A stretch of 64,000 bases of DNA from Longimicrobiales bacterium (lineage in GTDB: Bacteria > Gemmatimonadota > Gemmatimonadetes > Longimicrobiales > Gaopeijiaceae), in assembly GCA_965116905.1 (NCBI GenBank), contig OZ220732.1, positions 1,568,001 through 1,632,000 on the forward strand. Reading direction: 5' to 3'. A model generated the notes under the pieces. The model saw nothing but the letters and a program-made list of their open reading frames with translations, had not been told where the DNA came from and did not search any database. The translations under genes and the position numbers were made by a program. This document shows, piece after piece, positions 29,348 to 40,188 of this stretch (its first letter is position 1; each line of letters starts with the position of its first letter).

Positions 29348-29818
29348 ATGATCTCGACATCTCGACCCGACCTCCCGGCTCTCTTGGCCTACCTCAAGCG
29401 CGTAGAGGAGGCGCGGAAGCTCGTGGCGGAGTTCGACGAATGGCTCGCGAGTGCCCCCCCACTGCCGAGCGTCGAAGCTCTGAAGGAACTGACGGACGGA
29501 ACGTCGCACAAGGAGTGGGAGACCACGGAGGACCTGGCCGTACGCGTCGTCGGAATCCTCCGCCATGACGGAGGCCCGCTACGTGCGCGCGACATCCTGA
29601 CGATCCTTCAGGAAACCGGAACGTCGTTCATTTCCGAGAACCCGGTCTACTCGGTGGTCGGAGCCCTGAAGGTCGCGCGTGAGAACGGCTGGGTCGTCAA
29701 GAAGGGCAGGGGATGGTGGCAGGCCGCGTCGCACGTTGCTGTCGATCCCGACGCCACCGCGGATGGTGGTGAGAGCGTGGCACCAACCGACTCGGGCGAT
29801 GGTTGGAGGTACGACTGA
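29348..29818 (+). CDS. Hypothetical protein with wHTH-like domain
   Basis: GGAGGAG RBS; ILRHDGGPLRARDIL...NPVYSVVGAL...VKKGRGWW. Confidence 0.55.
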   Translation: MISTSRPDLPALLAYLKRVEEARKLVAEFDEWLASAPPLPSVEALKELTDGTSHKEWETTEDLAVRVVGILRHDGGPLRARDILTILQETGTSFISENPVYSVVGALKVARENGWVVKKGRGWWQAASHVAVDPDATADGGESVAPTDSGDGWRYD

Positions 29819-29989
29819 CGTGGCGAAACAATCTGTCCGCGAGCACTCCAATGGCGGGCGGATGATCCTTCGCCTCGCCAACGAAACGAGCTCTTGCGAA
29901 GGGCCTTGCACGTCGTTTCCCTGCAGCTCAGGTTGCTGGCGTAACGAGCAGGGAGCCTCGCGGAATCTCGGTTTGGGAGGAGTGATTCG

Positions 29990-31156
29990 TTGACCAATGC
30001 CGAGCGGTTCAAGACCTTGCGGGAAAGCGACGTGCGATCAATGGTCGAGCGTAGCGACACTGCCCTCGCGGAAATCCGCTTCGATGCCGACAACGGAGAT
30101 CCCGTAGCTCAATGGTGCCTCGGCATTTGCTATAAGGGGAGCATCGGGGTCTCGAAGGACCTTGCTGAAGCTGTCCGCTGGTTTCGCCCCGCCGCCGAAC
30201 AAGGGTATGCTCCAGCCCAGTACCAACTGGGTTTCGCGTACGCTGAAGGCGCAGGGGTCCCAAAGGACGTGACCGAAGCCGCCCGGTGGGAGCGCGCCGG
30301 AGCCGAACAGGGGCTTGCCGAAGCCCAGTACAACTTGGGAGTCTCGTATCGGGACGGGGCAGGTGTCCCACAGGACGATGCCGAAGCTGTCCGCTGGTTT
30401 CGCGCTGCCGCGGAACAGGGCGACGCCTCGGCCCAGAACAACCTCGGGTACTGCTACGCGATCGGAGAAGGCGTTCCGAAGGACGAAGCTGAAGCTGTCC
30501 GATGGTATCGCGCCGCGGCCGACCAAGGGCTTGCCTTAGCCCAGTACAACCTTGGGTACTGCTACGCGAATGGGGAAGGCGTTCCGGAGGACGAAGCTGA
30601 AGCTGTCCGATGGTTTCGCGCTGCCGCGGAACAGGGTGACGCCTCGGCCCAGAACAACCTCGGGTACTGCTACGCGATCGGAGAAGGCGTTCCGAAGGAC
30701 GAAGCTGAAGCTGTCCGATGGTATCGCGCCGCGGCCGATCAGGGATTCGCGGAGGCCCAGTACAGCCTTGCAGTGGCGTATGCAAATGGAGCCGGCGTCC
30801 CGAAGGACGAAGCCGAAGCCGTCAGGTGCTACCGTGCCGCAGCCGAGCAGGGGCTTGCGTGGGCCCAAAACGACCTCGGGGTTGCCTACGCGGACGGTAA
30901 GGGCGTCAACAGGAATGCTGCCGAAGCCGTTCGTTGGTATCGAGCCGCAGCGGAACAAGGGCTAGCCAATGCCCAATGGAATCTTGGAAAGTCATACGCA
31001 ATCGGCCATGGGGTGCTGCAGGACGGTGCCGCAGCTGCTCGGTGGTATCGGGCCGCCGCCGATCAAGGATACGGTGGCCCGGGTGGGAACTTCTTCGAGC
31101 GGATATCGGACCGAATAGTCATCTGGGCGGCTCGACATAGACGTCCGTGGCCTTGA
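29990..31156 (+). CDS. Sel1-like repeat protein
   Basis: About nine 36-aa AQYNLG..Y..G.GVP.D..EAVRWYRAAAEQG repeats. Confidence 0.92.
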   Translation: MTNAERFKTLRESDVRSMVERSDTALAEIRFDADNGDPVAQWCLGICYKGSIGVSKDLAEAVRWFRPAAEQGYAPAQYQLGFAYAEGAGVPKDVTEAARWERAGAEQGLAEAQYNLGVSYRDGAGVPQDDAEAVRWFRAAAEQGDASAQNNLGYCYAIGEGVPKDEAEAVRWYRAAADQGLALAQYNLGYCYANGEGVPEDEAEAVRWFRAAAEQGDASAQNNLGYCYAIGEGVPKDEAEAVRWYRAAADQGFAEAQYSLAVAYANGAGVPKDEAEAVRCYRAAAEQGLAWAQNDLGVAYADGKGVNRNAAEAVRWYRAAAEQGLANAQWNLGKSYAIGHGVLQDGAAAARWYRAAADQGYGGPGGNFFERISDRIVIWAARHRRPWP

Positions 31157-31174
31157 GGGCCATCATCTCCAACC

Positions 31175-31666
31175 TCAATAGTCGGTCCGCGTCCCCCAGT
31201 AGCTTATGGTGTAGAGGACATCAATGACGTGTTCCATGTACTCGGAATAGTGCTCCCCGAGGTCGTCTCCTCGCGTCATTTCCCGAACCGCGTCCACGGT
31301 GCTTTCCTTCATCGCCTTTACGTAGCCGAATCGCCCCGCCGAATAGGTCACGAATCCCTCTGACTCCTCCCTCGCCATTGGCCGCATTTCCCTGCTTGCC
31401 CAGAAATGGTTGCCACGACGATCCTTGACCACCCGGACGAGGTACTCCTCGGAATCAGCTCTGTCCAGCGCTTCTTCGTGAACAGTCCAGCCTGCCTGCG
31501 TTAGGCCTACGATGACCCTCTTCCCCGGACGGCCCTCGAACACCACCTCATACTGTTCGTGCTCGGTGAGCGCCGCACCCGAGACCAGGAGCCCCACGCC
31601 CACGCAAAGCCAGCGTACCAGACTGATCCTTCCCGCGCGCCGTGTCCTCTTGCCAGCAGCATCCAT
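31175..31666 (-). CDS. Hypothetical exported protein
   Basis: Basic then hydrophobic N-terminus. Confidence 0.5.
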   Translation of the reverse strand: MDAAGKRTRRAGRISLVRWLCVGVGLLVSGAALTEHEQYEVVFEGRPGKRVIVGLTQAGWTVHEEALDRADSEEYLVRVVKDRRGNHFWASREMRPMAREESEGFVTYSAGRFGYVKAMKESTVDAVREMTRGDDLGEHYSEYMEHVIDVLYTISYWGTRTDY

Positions 31667-32219
31667 ACCGGTTCGTCTCTTTCTCTGAAGTGGGTTCTGT
31701 TCCGCCAACCTCGTCGTCGCGAGCACCTCGGCTTCTACCCACCGAAACCTACAGACCTGGCCAGCATGATGACATCATCGCGCTAGCCCGCCGACACCAT
31801 CGGAGGCTTCGCGTTTCCCGTCAAGGTGGACGGTCTTCCCGCCGTCGCAGTTAGGCGAAAGAAACATGCGGTTGTACCGGTCCCGGTTTCTTGGACAAGT
31901 GGACGGCTTAAACATCAGGCCGCCAATGCGGTGGCTGACGGCTCCCACCTGGGCGGTGTCCCGGACTCGCAGGGTGGGATGCGAGGATCGGCGATGGACC
32001 AGCCACGCGGCAGAACGGACCTGGGTCGGTCGGGGCCTGCCTACAGGCGGACGGTTCACTGGATGGGTCCAGTGGCGCCCGGAGCGGGAGCCTTGCCATG
32101 AATTGGCCATGTTATTGTGCTAGATGGCCACGTTAATGCCACGCAAAGCGTGCTAGTTTTTGTCTATTGGCGTGTCTCCTACCGAGCGCCGGGCCTCCGA
32201 CCCATACCATCGACGACCC

Positions 32220-32756
32220 ATGGAAAAGTTCACAATGTCGCTTTTCGTCCTCATCGGCTTGGCAGCCGGCCCTCATGCCCTGTTTGCGCAAGATGTGGGC
32301 GAACGTGTTCGCGTCACCACTCTGGACAGTATGGTAGTGGGTGAGGTCGTCGGGATCGACGAGGACCGAATAACTTTGAGCCGCGGCGGATCTCTCCGGG
32401 GCATGGAGGTCATTGGGCTCCGGCGCATCGATATCATCGGGCTCGAACGAAGTGTCGGATCCGGGTCGGCTCGGAAAACAAGCGTCCTCGTGTCGGGCGT
32501 GGCGGTCGGGACCATTGGTGCCGTGGTGCTCCCCTCGTGCATCCCCCTATTGGGCTCCGAATGTGCCGGCGGCATTTCCATCCTGGGAGCCGTTTTCGGC
32601 GGCGTCGTGGGCATGGGCATCGGGGCGTTGCTGCCTTTGCCCGAGCGCTGGGAGAGCATTCCCCTGGGTGGCGATATCGTTGCCAGCACGCTCGTCGACC
32701 TGCGGTTGCGCGGCGCCAGTCCTGCGGCACGCTTCGGAGCGCGCATCACGTTCTGA
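32220..32756 (+). CDS. Hypothetical exported/membrane protein
   Basis: Signal peptide ending LFAQ; Gly-rich hydrophobic segments. Confidence 0.55.
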   Translation: MEKFTMSLFVLIGLAAGPHALFAQDVGERVRVTTLDSMVVGEVVGIDEDRITLSRGGSLRGMEVIGLRRIDIIGLERSVGSGSARKTSVLVSGVAVGTIGAVVLPSCIPLLGSECAGGISILGAVFGGVVGMGIGALLPLPERWESIPLGGDIVASTLVDLRLRGASPAARFGARITF

Positions 32757-32802
32757 CGTCGCGCTCCCTAGGGTCGCACCGCCGGACAGACAACCGGCCC
32801 GA

Positions 32803-34203
32803 TCAGGCCCCCGCGGACCTCCACCCCGGCACCGCCGCGCACGCCACCCTGATCGTGCTGCGATACCCCGCCGACCATCCCCTCTCGACCGCCCTGGCAC
32901 TCGCACGGGACCACACCGACACCGTGTTCGCGACATCCCGCGCCAACTCCGAATCGCCAACGCTCCCGACGATGGCCTTGCCGCGCAGGTACGTATTCCG
33001 CGCGAGGTCCGAACAGTTGTTCGTCCATTCCTGTGATCCGAACCAGTCGCGGACGATCCGGGCTACTTCTTCGGCCTTGGGCTCGGCCTTGTCGTAGAGC
33101 CTGGTCGCCACGAGATAGCTCACAACGCCCACAATCAGCGTCACCCACGCGGGTGCCGGCATGAGCCGCGACGCGCCGAGCAGCGCCGTCGTTCCAGCCA
33201 TTCCGCGACCACCGCCACTCAGGACCCGCTTGAACCCCGCGCCGTGCCTGGCCTCGTGAAAACACTTCGCGAGCCCGACGATCGTGACCATGACCAGAAG
33301 CGGATTGGCGCCGACAAGTGCGGACAACCCCAGACTCGCGACGATTTCCGAGAACCGGCGGAGCTCGGCCTTGTTCCAGCTCAGAACGAGTGCCAGGGCA
33401 GCCAGGACCGAGCCGACGAACTCTGTGGCCGTGAAATCGGCCATGTCCTTGACCCATTTTCGGGATATTCCGAGAGTCTCGTTCAGGAATCCCGCGACAG
33501 TGTCAAAGGCCTCCTTGTCCCAGGTGACCACCGGTATTCCCCTGGGGGTAGCCATGTCCTTCCATAGTGCCGAGACGTACCCTTCCGCCCTCTGAAGCCA
33601 CCCCTCGTCGGGGAACGTCTCGGCGATGGTCTTCCACGCGCCGACGAGGTCGTGGCTGCCATCGAATAGCCGATGATCGGCGCCGTACTTCCCCGTGTCG
33701 ATGTAGAACTGATCCAGTGCCTTGTCGTAACGCGTGGGGGGACCAGAAGCGAACACGTCCCGGGTCCACCGGTCCAGGCTAGTCGCGATCTCGGTTGCGA
33801 GCAGGGCGTTGCCGAGACTGGCTGCCTTCGCCGTCACCGGTTCGGACAGGCGGCGCACTGGCACCTTTCTGAGCGAATCCGAGGCAAGACGCCCCGCTCG
33901 GGCGGATGCATCACCCACGCGTTCCCCGACCGCTTTCGCGGAGCCCATCACCCCATCGCCCACGGCTCCGACGGTCTTGCCGATGCCGGCCATCCCGCGC
34001 CTCAACGTCCCGGTGGCGGAGTCTACCGCGCCGCGCAGGCGGGCAGCCTTGCCACGTTCGACCGAGTCCGGTCCGGCTGGTTCGTCTTCTTCGGGTGGAT
34101 CGTCGATTATTTGGAAGTCGTCATCCAGGGGCGCGACGGCTTCGGCGGAGACATCGGGAGAATCGGGGTCGATGGCGGTGGTCTTGTCAGGTTTGGGAGG
34201 CAT
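32803..34203 (-). CDS. Hypothetical membrane protein
   Basis: 466 aa; acidic N-terminus, DHRLFDGSHD core, hydrophobic C-terminal helices. Confidence 0.65.
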   Translation of the reverse strand: MPPKPDKTTAIDPDSPDVSAEAVAPLDDDFQIIDDPPEEDEPAGPDSVERGKAARLRGAVDSATGTLRRGMAGIGKTVGAVGDGVMGSAKAVGERVGDASARAGRLASDSLRKVPVRRLSEPVTAKAASLGNALLATEIATSLDRWTRDVFASGPPTRYDKALDQFYIDTGKYGADHRLFDGSHDLVGAWKTIAETFPDEGWLQRAEGYVSALWKDMATPRGIPVVTWDKEAFDTVAGFLNETLGISRKWVKDMADFTATEFVGSVLAALALVLSWNKAELRRFSEIVASLGLSALVGANPLLVMVTIVGLAKCFHEARHGAGFKRVLSGGGRGMAGTTALLGASRLMPAPAWVTLIVGVVSYLVATRLYDKAEPKAEEVARIVRDWFGSQEWTNNCSDLARNTYLRGKAIVGSVGDSELARDVANTVSVWSRASARAVERGWSAGYRSTIRVACAAVPGWRSAGA

Positions 34204-34431
34204 TGGGGTCCATGCGTTCCGGTCTTAGTTGCGAGGAAACGTGGAATAATGTCATGTATAGTTTCCATGTGAGCTGTCATCGACATGCGTCATGAGTTCT
34301 TCCCCAGGAGATTCCGCTAACAGTGTCTGCGGAATCCGGGCGACGAACTCACTCGCCTCTCGCCAGGCGATCCACCACACTTCAACTCGATCTTCAGAAC
34401 CCGACCATCGAGACGGGAGCAAGCCAGGCAG

Positions 34432-37400
34432 ATGAAGGAACGACCCGTCTACCACTCCACTGAAGGCCCGCCACGGTTCGACCCCGACCGCAGGCAGGCG
34501 AGCAAGGCAATCATCGAGGAGCAGGCCCGCCGCCAGGTGCGGACCTTCCTCGATGAGCTCAAGAACGGCACGCGGAACTATCGGACGGTCGCCAGCCTGG
34601 GCAGCCAGGTCGCGCAGGAATACCGGGGCCGCGCGATTCTGGAGCTGCTGCAGAATGCCCACGATGTCCTCGCTTTCGCCGCCGCCGCCGATCCCCGGCA
34701 GATCTCCTTTGTGCTGAGATCGTCGCCCGAACCCGAACTGCTGGTCGCCAACAGCGGCCGCCCCTTCCGCCACGAGGACTTCAGCGGAATCTGCCAGCTG
34801 GCGCAGAGTCCCAAGGATCCGAACGAGAGTGTCGGCAACAAGGGACTCGGTTTCCAGAGTGTGCTCGAAGTGTCCACTCGCCCGGAGGTGTGGTCGTCGG
34901 CCCCGGCGAAGGAAGGCATCGCGTTTACGTTCGGCTTCGACCCCGACGTGCGCGAACCGATAGAACGCGTGGCCAGGGCGCTTCTCACCGGTGACCTGCC
35001 GACCGACCCGGAATTCGGTGTGGAACACGTCGTTGACTGGACTCCGGAACAGATCGAGGAGTACCGGAGGCGGTTGGACGAGGACGAAGTCGACCCTACG
35101 GAGGAGGTGCGCAATTACCTCTCTCCCTATGTGATTCCGCGGTTTCTCGGCGATCCGCCGCCCGAAGTCGTCAGGCTGCTTACTGGCGGACACGTGACTG
35201 TCATTCGCCTTCCCTTGGATGGAGGGCGGGCGGGCAGTGCGGAAGAAGCGGTCGAGTCGGTACGCAAGCAACTTGAGGCGTTGGACGAGGCGGCGATGGT
35301 GTTTCTGCCGGACCTGTCGATGCTTCGGATCGAGATGGACGAGGAATTGGTCGAACTCAGGCGGCAAGTCGTTGCCGAACGCACGCTTCCCTCCAGTCGC
35401 GAGAAGCTTGACGACAGCGGGATCCCCCAAGCCCGTCACACCCGACTGAGGGTCGGCAGGACGGGGCGCGATGCGACCACCGAGCGGTCATTCCACGTCT
35501 GGAGCCGCGTAATTGGCGGTGATGATCAGCCGGGGGCGACTGAACGGATCGCCGCGGCCGTCCGCCATCTGCCTAATCGATGGCCGGAGGTGCGCGCGGT
35601 CCAGGTCTCCATTTCGGTAGAGGAGACGCGGGAAGCAAGGCGGGGCGCGCTTGTCATTTTTCTGCCGACCACGATGAAGACCGGAATCGGCGCCCACGTC
35701 AACGCCCCGTTCTACGGCTCCCTCGACCGGAAGACAATCAACTTCGGCGACGAGTACAACGAGCTGATGCTTGAGTTCGTGACGGACCTGGCGCTCGACG
35801 CGGTTCTCGAACTCGTGAAGGGTCCTGCGGAGCCGTGGCGGGGCCGGGCCGTGATCGACCTGTTGGCGCGGGCCGGTTCACCCCCGTCCGACGATCCCGA
35901 GCTAACGCGGCGTCTTCGTGAACGCGCTCGCGACCGAGACGACTATCCTCCTCTCGAACAGCAGGCGTTGATCCTCTGCGACGGGGGTTGGCGGAAGCCC
36001 GATGTCGCCCGAACAATGCCGACCATCCCGTCCGGTGATCCGTTTGGGGAGGCCGAGTGGCGCACACATGCCGGCTTCGCCGCAGCATGTTCCGCGCTCG
36101 ACGAACGGCGTGAACCCGTCGAGGCCCTGCTCGGGTCTCTCGGTGGCTTGCCGGGCCCGCAGAACGAGGAGTGGGCGTACACCTTGGAGCGAATGGCCAG
36201 ACACGTCGGTCGTGGCCAGGCGGACGCCCAAGGCGATCCCTCACTTGCTACGGAGGAGCTGCCCGACTGGAACACCTTCCTGAGCGGCGTGCTTGCGGTG
36301 CTGCCCCAGGAGCAGCGGGCCGAGCCGAAGGAGGCGGAAAACGACCCTCTCGCCGAAGCGGGGTTCCTGCCCACCGAGGACGGTCGGATGCTCTCGGCGT
36401 CCGACTCCGTGCGGATGTTCTTCCAGCCTCGCCAGGGTGCCGACGACGCCGTGGATTTCGTCGGGTCCGTTCCCGCTTCCCTTAAGGGGCGGATCGCATT
36501 CCTCCACCACGACGTGCAGACGCACCAAGGCCCACAACGCCGACGCACGGCAGTCCAGAAGTTTCTCGACGGACGGTTCGTGCAGAGCTTCCGCAGAGAG
36601 GACCTTGTCCGAGAAGTGGTCATCCCGTCGCTACCCGTGCTTCCCCCCGCGCATGGAAGTGCCGAGGCGGCGGACTGCGCCGACGCGCTTGCCTGGACGC
36701 TGGAGGTGATCGGCGATGAGGAACCGGAGGGCCTGTTGGATCGCCTCGCCGACCTTCCCGTCGCCTGCACGGCTGGCTGGTTTCCAATGAAGGAGGCCGT
36801 ATTCGGGCCGGGCTGGCCCGGGCGCTCCGGCGACCACCTGAAGGCGCTGGCCGATGGGCTGTCGGGCGAGGAGGGCTTGGAACTGTTTCGAAGCGCGCTC
36901 TTGCCCCCGGACGACGACCGCTGGTCGCCGCGCGAAGACCAGCAGGGTGCTAATGACGGTCACGAGGACGGGACCAACCTCGTGAATCGCGCGGACCTGT
37001 TCGCCCGCGCGGGAGTGGTAAACGGGCTGCGGCTAGAGGCCTGTGAACCGATCCGCTTCAAGATGAGCCGATCTCATCTGAATCTCCCGGACACGGCCCC
37101 CGATTCAATACCGCAATCGGCGTGGGATGATTGGAAGCAGGCGGCGTTAGGTCAGGTCAAGCCCCATTGGAAGGGGTGGCTTGAGTACGAGCTTCAGGAT
37201 GTCACTGTGCTTCCGATACTCCACCGAGAGGATCTCGGCGATTCCGCTCGCACAGCGCTGTCCAACCTGCTCCTCGCTTCGCTCTCGCACTGGAAGGCAG
37301 GCTGGGAGAAAGTCACGATCCGAAGGAGCTGGTGGTCACAACGAATCCGTTCTCCGCTCAAGCACTGGCTATCGACGTTGCCATGGCTCGATGACGCGCA

Positions 37401-40188
37401 CGTCGACCAGGGACTGGGAAAAGGCCCCCGACCACTGCACCAGCGCTGGCTAGTACCGGGATCTCTTCTTCGCGGCCAAAGCGGTCGTTTCCGCCACCTA
37501 TCGCCCCTTGCATTGCCGCTGGCCCAACGGCTCGGTGAGAACGCGGAGATGATTGAGGTGCTGAAGGGACTCGGACTCAACATCTATCCGACTGAGGAAG
37601 CGAGGACGGGGCCGGCTCTCCTGGAGACGCTGGCCGATGTCGCCGAGAGGCTGGCGGACGCGGGCCACGTCCGCAGTGCAATGCCCGCGGGCGGCTTCGA
37701 CGTGCTTCTGGGCCAGATCCGCCACGGATGGAGGCACTTGGACCCGGAGGGTGACCTTCCGACGCGATTCGTCATTCGCACGAAGCCGCGTACATTGACG
37801 GTCCGCAAGCGCGACGAGCTCAAGGATGTCTATCTTCCCGACCACAGTTGGAACACACGGCTCCTGCGCGAACACGGTCAGCCCATCGTCGCCATGCGGC
37901 CGGAGGAGGCGTCGAAGAAGGCGCTCCGGGACCGCCTCGTGGAGCTCGGGGCGAGACGGGCGGCCGGGCTGGAGGAACACTGTTCGATAGACCATCTCCC
38001 GAGCGCCCAAGGCTTGGAAGGCACGCAAACATTCGATGCGGCGGGCCTGGGCTGGCTTCCGGTCGTCCTGCTCTCGCTTCACGCTCACGGAGGCGGCAAT
38101 CCAGCGGGACCTGCGACCAAGGCGTGGCTTGAGGCCGCCGGCCGACTTCGCCGTGCCCGTGTCCGCCAATGCTCCTCCGTCAGGGTGGAGCTTGTCGACG
38201 CCGGACGGGGAGTCGCGCGTAGCGAGCCTTTGGCGCACTGGCTCTCCCGGGATCGCATCCTCGTTCTGCGCCGGGACATCACGCAAGGCGGACGGTACGA
38301 GAAGATCGCCGCCGCATCCCAGACCATTCTCGACCGCCAGGACCTGCTGAAGGATCTTCGTCTTGTGCTTGGCGCCCTACACGGTCGTCGGCAACCAACC
38401 CGGAACGAGATCGAGGCGGCGTTGGACCGGGCGGAGATCGATACCGTGGCCGTGGCCGACATCAGGCATCGCTGGGACGTCGGGACCTCCACGCTGGTCC
38501 GTCGCATCCGGCCGGTGCTGCAGCTCCTTGGTGTCTCCCAGGACGGTCTCGATGACGCCGCCAAGGACACCTCCGGGTTGACCCGATGGCTCAGGAAGGC
38601 GCTCAGGAGGGCAGACATCGACGGGTGGCCCGCCGAGGAACTGTTGGCAACCGCCAGGGAGAGCTACGACGACTTCGAAATGGGGTATCGGACGTGGCAG
38701 GTGCTGGGTGACGCCTTCGAGCTCAGGGAATGGAACAAGGCTCTCGTCACGCTCGGTGGCGAGTACAAGCAGGTCAGCAATACGCAGGCCGAAGCGCAGG
38801 CGAAACGGTGCCTGTACGAAGCCGCCCGATTGCTCCGCGTCTTTGCCCAGCATGTCGCTAAAGCGATCGGTGGCGAATCCATCGAGGACCAGGGCAAGCT
38901 CTATCGCCGGCTCGCCAACGTGCACGAGGGCTTTGAGAAGGATCCGGAATGGCCGGGTCGTTGCGCCCAATGGTCCAGCAGTTTCTGGAAGGTGCCGTTC
39001 GACACTGTCTTCGGTGTTCTCCGCTCAGGATACGAAGGAATCGGAAAGGCGAAGCCGCATCTTGTTGTCTTCGAGCGTGTGACGTCGATCAAGGGACTCC
39101 GATCGGCACTGGAGCGGCGGAAAGTTGCCCTTGAACCAGACCCGCTCGAGGTGGCGCACGCCAACCAATACCGCCTCGACAAGGCGGTCCGTGGGGTGCG
39201 CAGGCTCTACGAGTGCTGGCTCGAGAATGAGGGTGCCAATCCGACGTCAGGAGCGAAGGCACCTGAGGTCCGTCTGGACGACTCGATGTACCTGCTCGAC
39301 TGGCCGGAAGACGACCTTTTTGAGCGAGCGAAGCAGGCGGTCGACGACAGCGGTTTCCACGACGCAGTCGCTGCTTGCGACACGATAGAGGCAATGCGCA
39401 AGAGGCTGGGTATCACCAGCACAGGCAGGGGCGTCAAAACGACACGACCAGAGCCGATGCGCGATGTCGCTGGCGTGCCCGAACCTGTAGACAGCAGCGA
39501 CGAGAACTACCGCGATATCTTTGAGCGCCTCAAGAGACTGCCTGAGCCACCGAAGGCAGGGAGGGGGATCGTTCGACCATCGACGGAACGGGGCGGTGGT
39601 GGGGGAGGGCCGCGCCGCCGCAACACCGAGATCGGCGAGAAGGGCCCCAAGACCGCGCACCTGCGTGGCTCGCCCCACCTTCCCGAATTCGTGGGGATCG
39701 TCGGAGAGATGCAAGCCTTCCGCTTCCTCAAGGACAGGTTCGGGATCAACGAGAGCGCATGGGTATCAGAGTTTCGAAGCAGGGTTGTGCACCCTTTGGA
39801 CCGCGAGGAACCCGGGACAAGCGACAGCCACGGCTACGACTTCCGGTTCGAGTACAACGGCAAGACATGGTGCGTCGAGGTCAAGGCCACCACCGGGGAC
39901 GGCACGAGCTTTGATCTGCCATCGAGCGAACTGAACGCGGCAAGCCGCATTGCTCCCAGAACGGACGAGCTTTGGCGCATCCTTCGCGTTCGACGGGCGC
40001 TGTCCGAGCGCCCCGAGTGCGATTGGCTTCCCAACCCGTTCGAACCGGGGGCCGGTGAACGCCTGCGGCTGCGGCAGGGCGGCGTGACCGTCGAATACGA
40101 GCGGTCGGAGGAGAATGGCACCGCAGAGCAGCGCGCAGCCGGTGACGGGGAGCATGTGGAGGTGCCCGAGCCCGCGCACGATGGATAG
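34432..40188 (+). CDS. Large sacsin-like GHKL ATPase protein with C-terminal DUF3883 (NOV_C) nuclease domain
   Basis: ELLQNAHD, ANSG, VGNKGLGFQSV, HVNAPF; C-terminal GE..AF, HGYDF...VEVKAT. Confidence 0.85.
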   Translation: MKERPVYHSTEGPPRFDPDRRQASKAIIEEQARRQVRTFLDELKNGTRNYRTVASLGSQVAQEYRGRAILELLQNAHDVLAFAAAADPRQISFVLRSSPEPELLVANSGRPFRHEDFSGICQLAQSPKDPNESVGNKGLGFQSVLEVSTRPEVWSSAPAKEGIAFTFGFDPDVREPIERVARALLTGDLPTDPEFGVEHVVDWTPEQIEEYRRRLDEDEVDPTEEVRNYLSPYVIPRFLGDPPPEVVRLLTGGHVTVIRLPLDGGRAGSAEEAVESVRKQLEALDEAAMVFLPDLSMLRIEMDEELVELRRQVVAERTLPSSREKLDDSGIPQARHTRLRVGRTGRDATTERSFHVWSRVIGGDDQPGATERIAAAVRHLPNRWPEVRAVQVSISVEETREARRGALVIFLPTTMKTGIGAHVNAPFYGSLDRKTINFGDEYNELMLEFVTDLALDAVLELVKGPAEPWRGRAVIDLLARAGSPPSDDPELTRRLRERARDRDDYPPLEQQALILCDGGWRKPDVARTMPTIPSGDPFGEAEWRTHAGFAAACSALDERREPVEALLGSLGGLPGPQNEEWAYTLERMARHVGRGQADAQGDPSLATEELPDWNTFLSGVLAVLPQEQRAEPKEAENDPLAEAGFLPTEDGRMLSASDSVRMFFQPRQGADDAVDFVGSVPASLKGRIAFLHHDVQTHQGPQRRRTAVQKFLDGRFVQSFRREDLVREVVIPSLPVLPPAHGSAEAADCADALAWTLEVIGDEEPEGLLDRLADLPVACTAGWFPMKEAVFGPGWPGRSGDHLKALADGLSGEEGLELFRSALLPPDDDRWSPREDQQGANDGHEDGTNLVNRADLFARAGVVNGLRLEACEPIRFKMSRSHLNLPDTAPDSIPQSAWDDWKQAALGQVKPHWKGWLEYELQDVTVLPILHREDLGDSARTALSNLLLASLSHWKAGWEKVTIRRSWWSQRIRSPLKHWLSTLPWLDDAHVDQGLGKGPRPLHQRWLVPGSLLRGQSGRFRHLSPLALPLAQRLGENAEMIEVLKGLGLNIYPTEEARTGPALLETLADVAERLADAGHVRSAMPAGGFDVLLGQIRHGWRHLDPEGDLPTRFVIRTKPRTLTVRKRDELKDVYLPDHSWNTRLLREHGQPIVAMRPEEASKKALRDRLVELGARRAAGLEEHCSIDHLPSAQGLEGTQTFDAAGLGWLPVVLLSLHAHGGGNPAGPATKAWLEAAGRLRRARVRQCSSVRVELVDAGRGVARSEPLAHWLSRDRILVLRRDITQGGRYEKIAAASQTILDRQDLLKDLRLVLGALHGRRQPTRNEIEAALDRAEIDTVAVADIRHRWDVGTSTLVRRIRPVLQLLGVSQDGLDDAAKDTSGLTRWLRKALRRADIDGWPAEELLATARESYDDFEMGYRTWQVLGDAFELREWNKALVTLGGEYKQVSNTQAEAQAKRCLYEAARLLRVFAQHVAKAIGGESIEDQGKLYRRLANVHEGFEKDPEWPGRCAQWSSSFWKVPFDTVFGVLRSGYEGIGKAKPHLVVFERVTSIKGLRSALERRKVALEPDPLEVAHANQYRLDKAVRGVRRLYECWLENEGANPTSGAKAPEVRLDDSMYLLDWPEDDLFERAKQAVDDSGFHDAVAACDTIEAMRKRLGITSTGRGVKTTRPEPMRDVAGVPEPVDSSDENYRDIFERLKRLPEPPKAGRGIVRPSTERGGGGGGPRRRNTEIGEKGPKTAHLRGSPHLPEFVGIVGEMQAFRFLKDRFGINESAWVSEFRSRVVHPLDREEPGTSDSHGYDFRFEYNGKTWCVEVKATTGDGTSFDLPSSELNAASRIAPRTDELWRILRVRRALSERPECDWLPNPFEPGAGERLRLRQGGVTVEYERSEENGTAEQRAAGDGEHVEVPEPAHDG

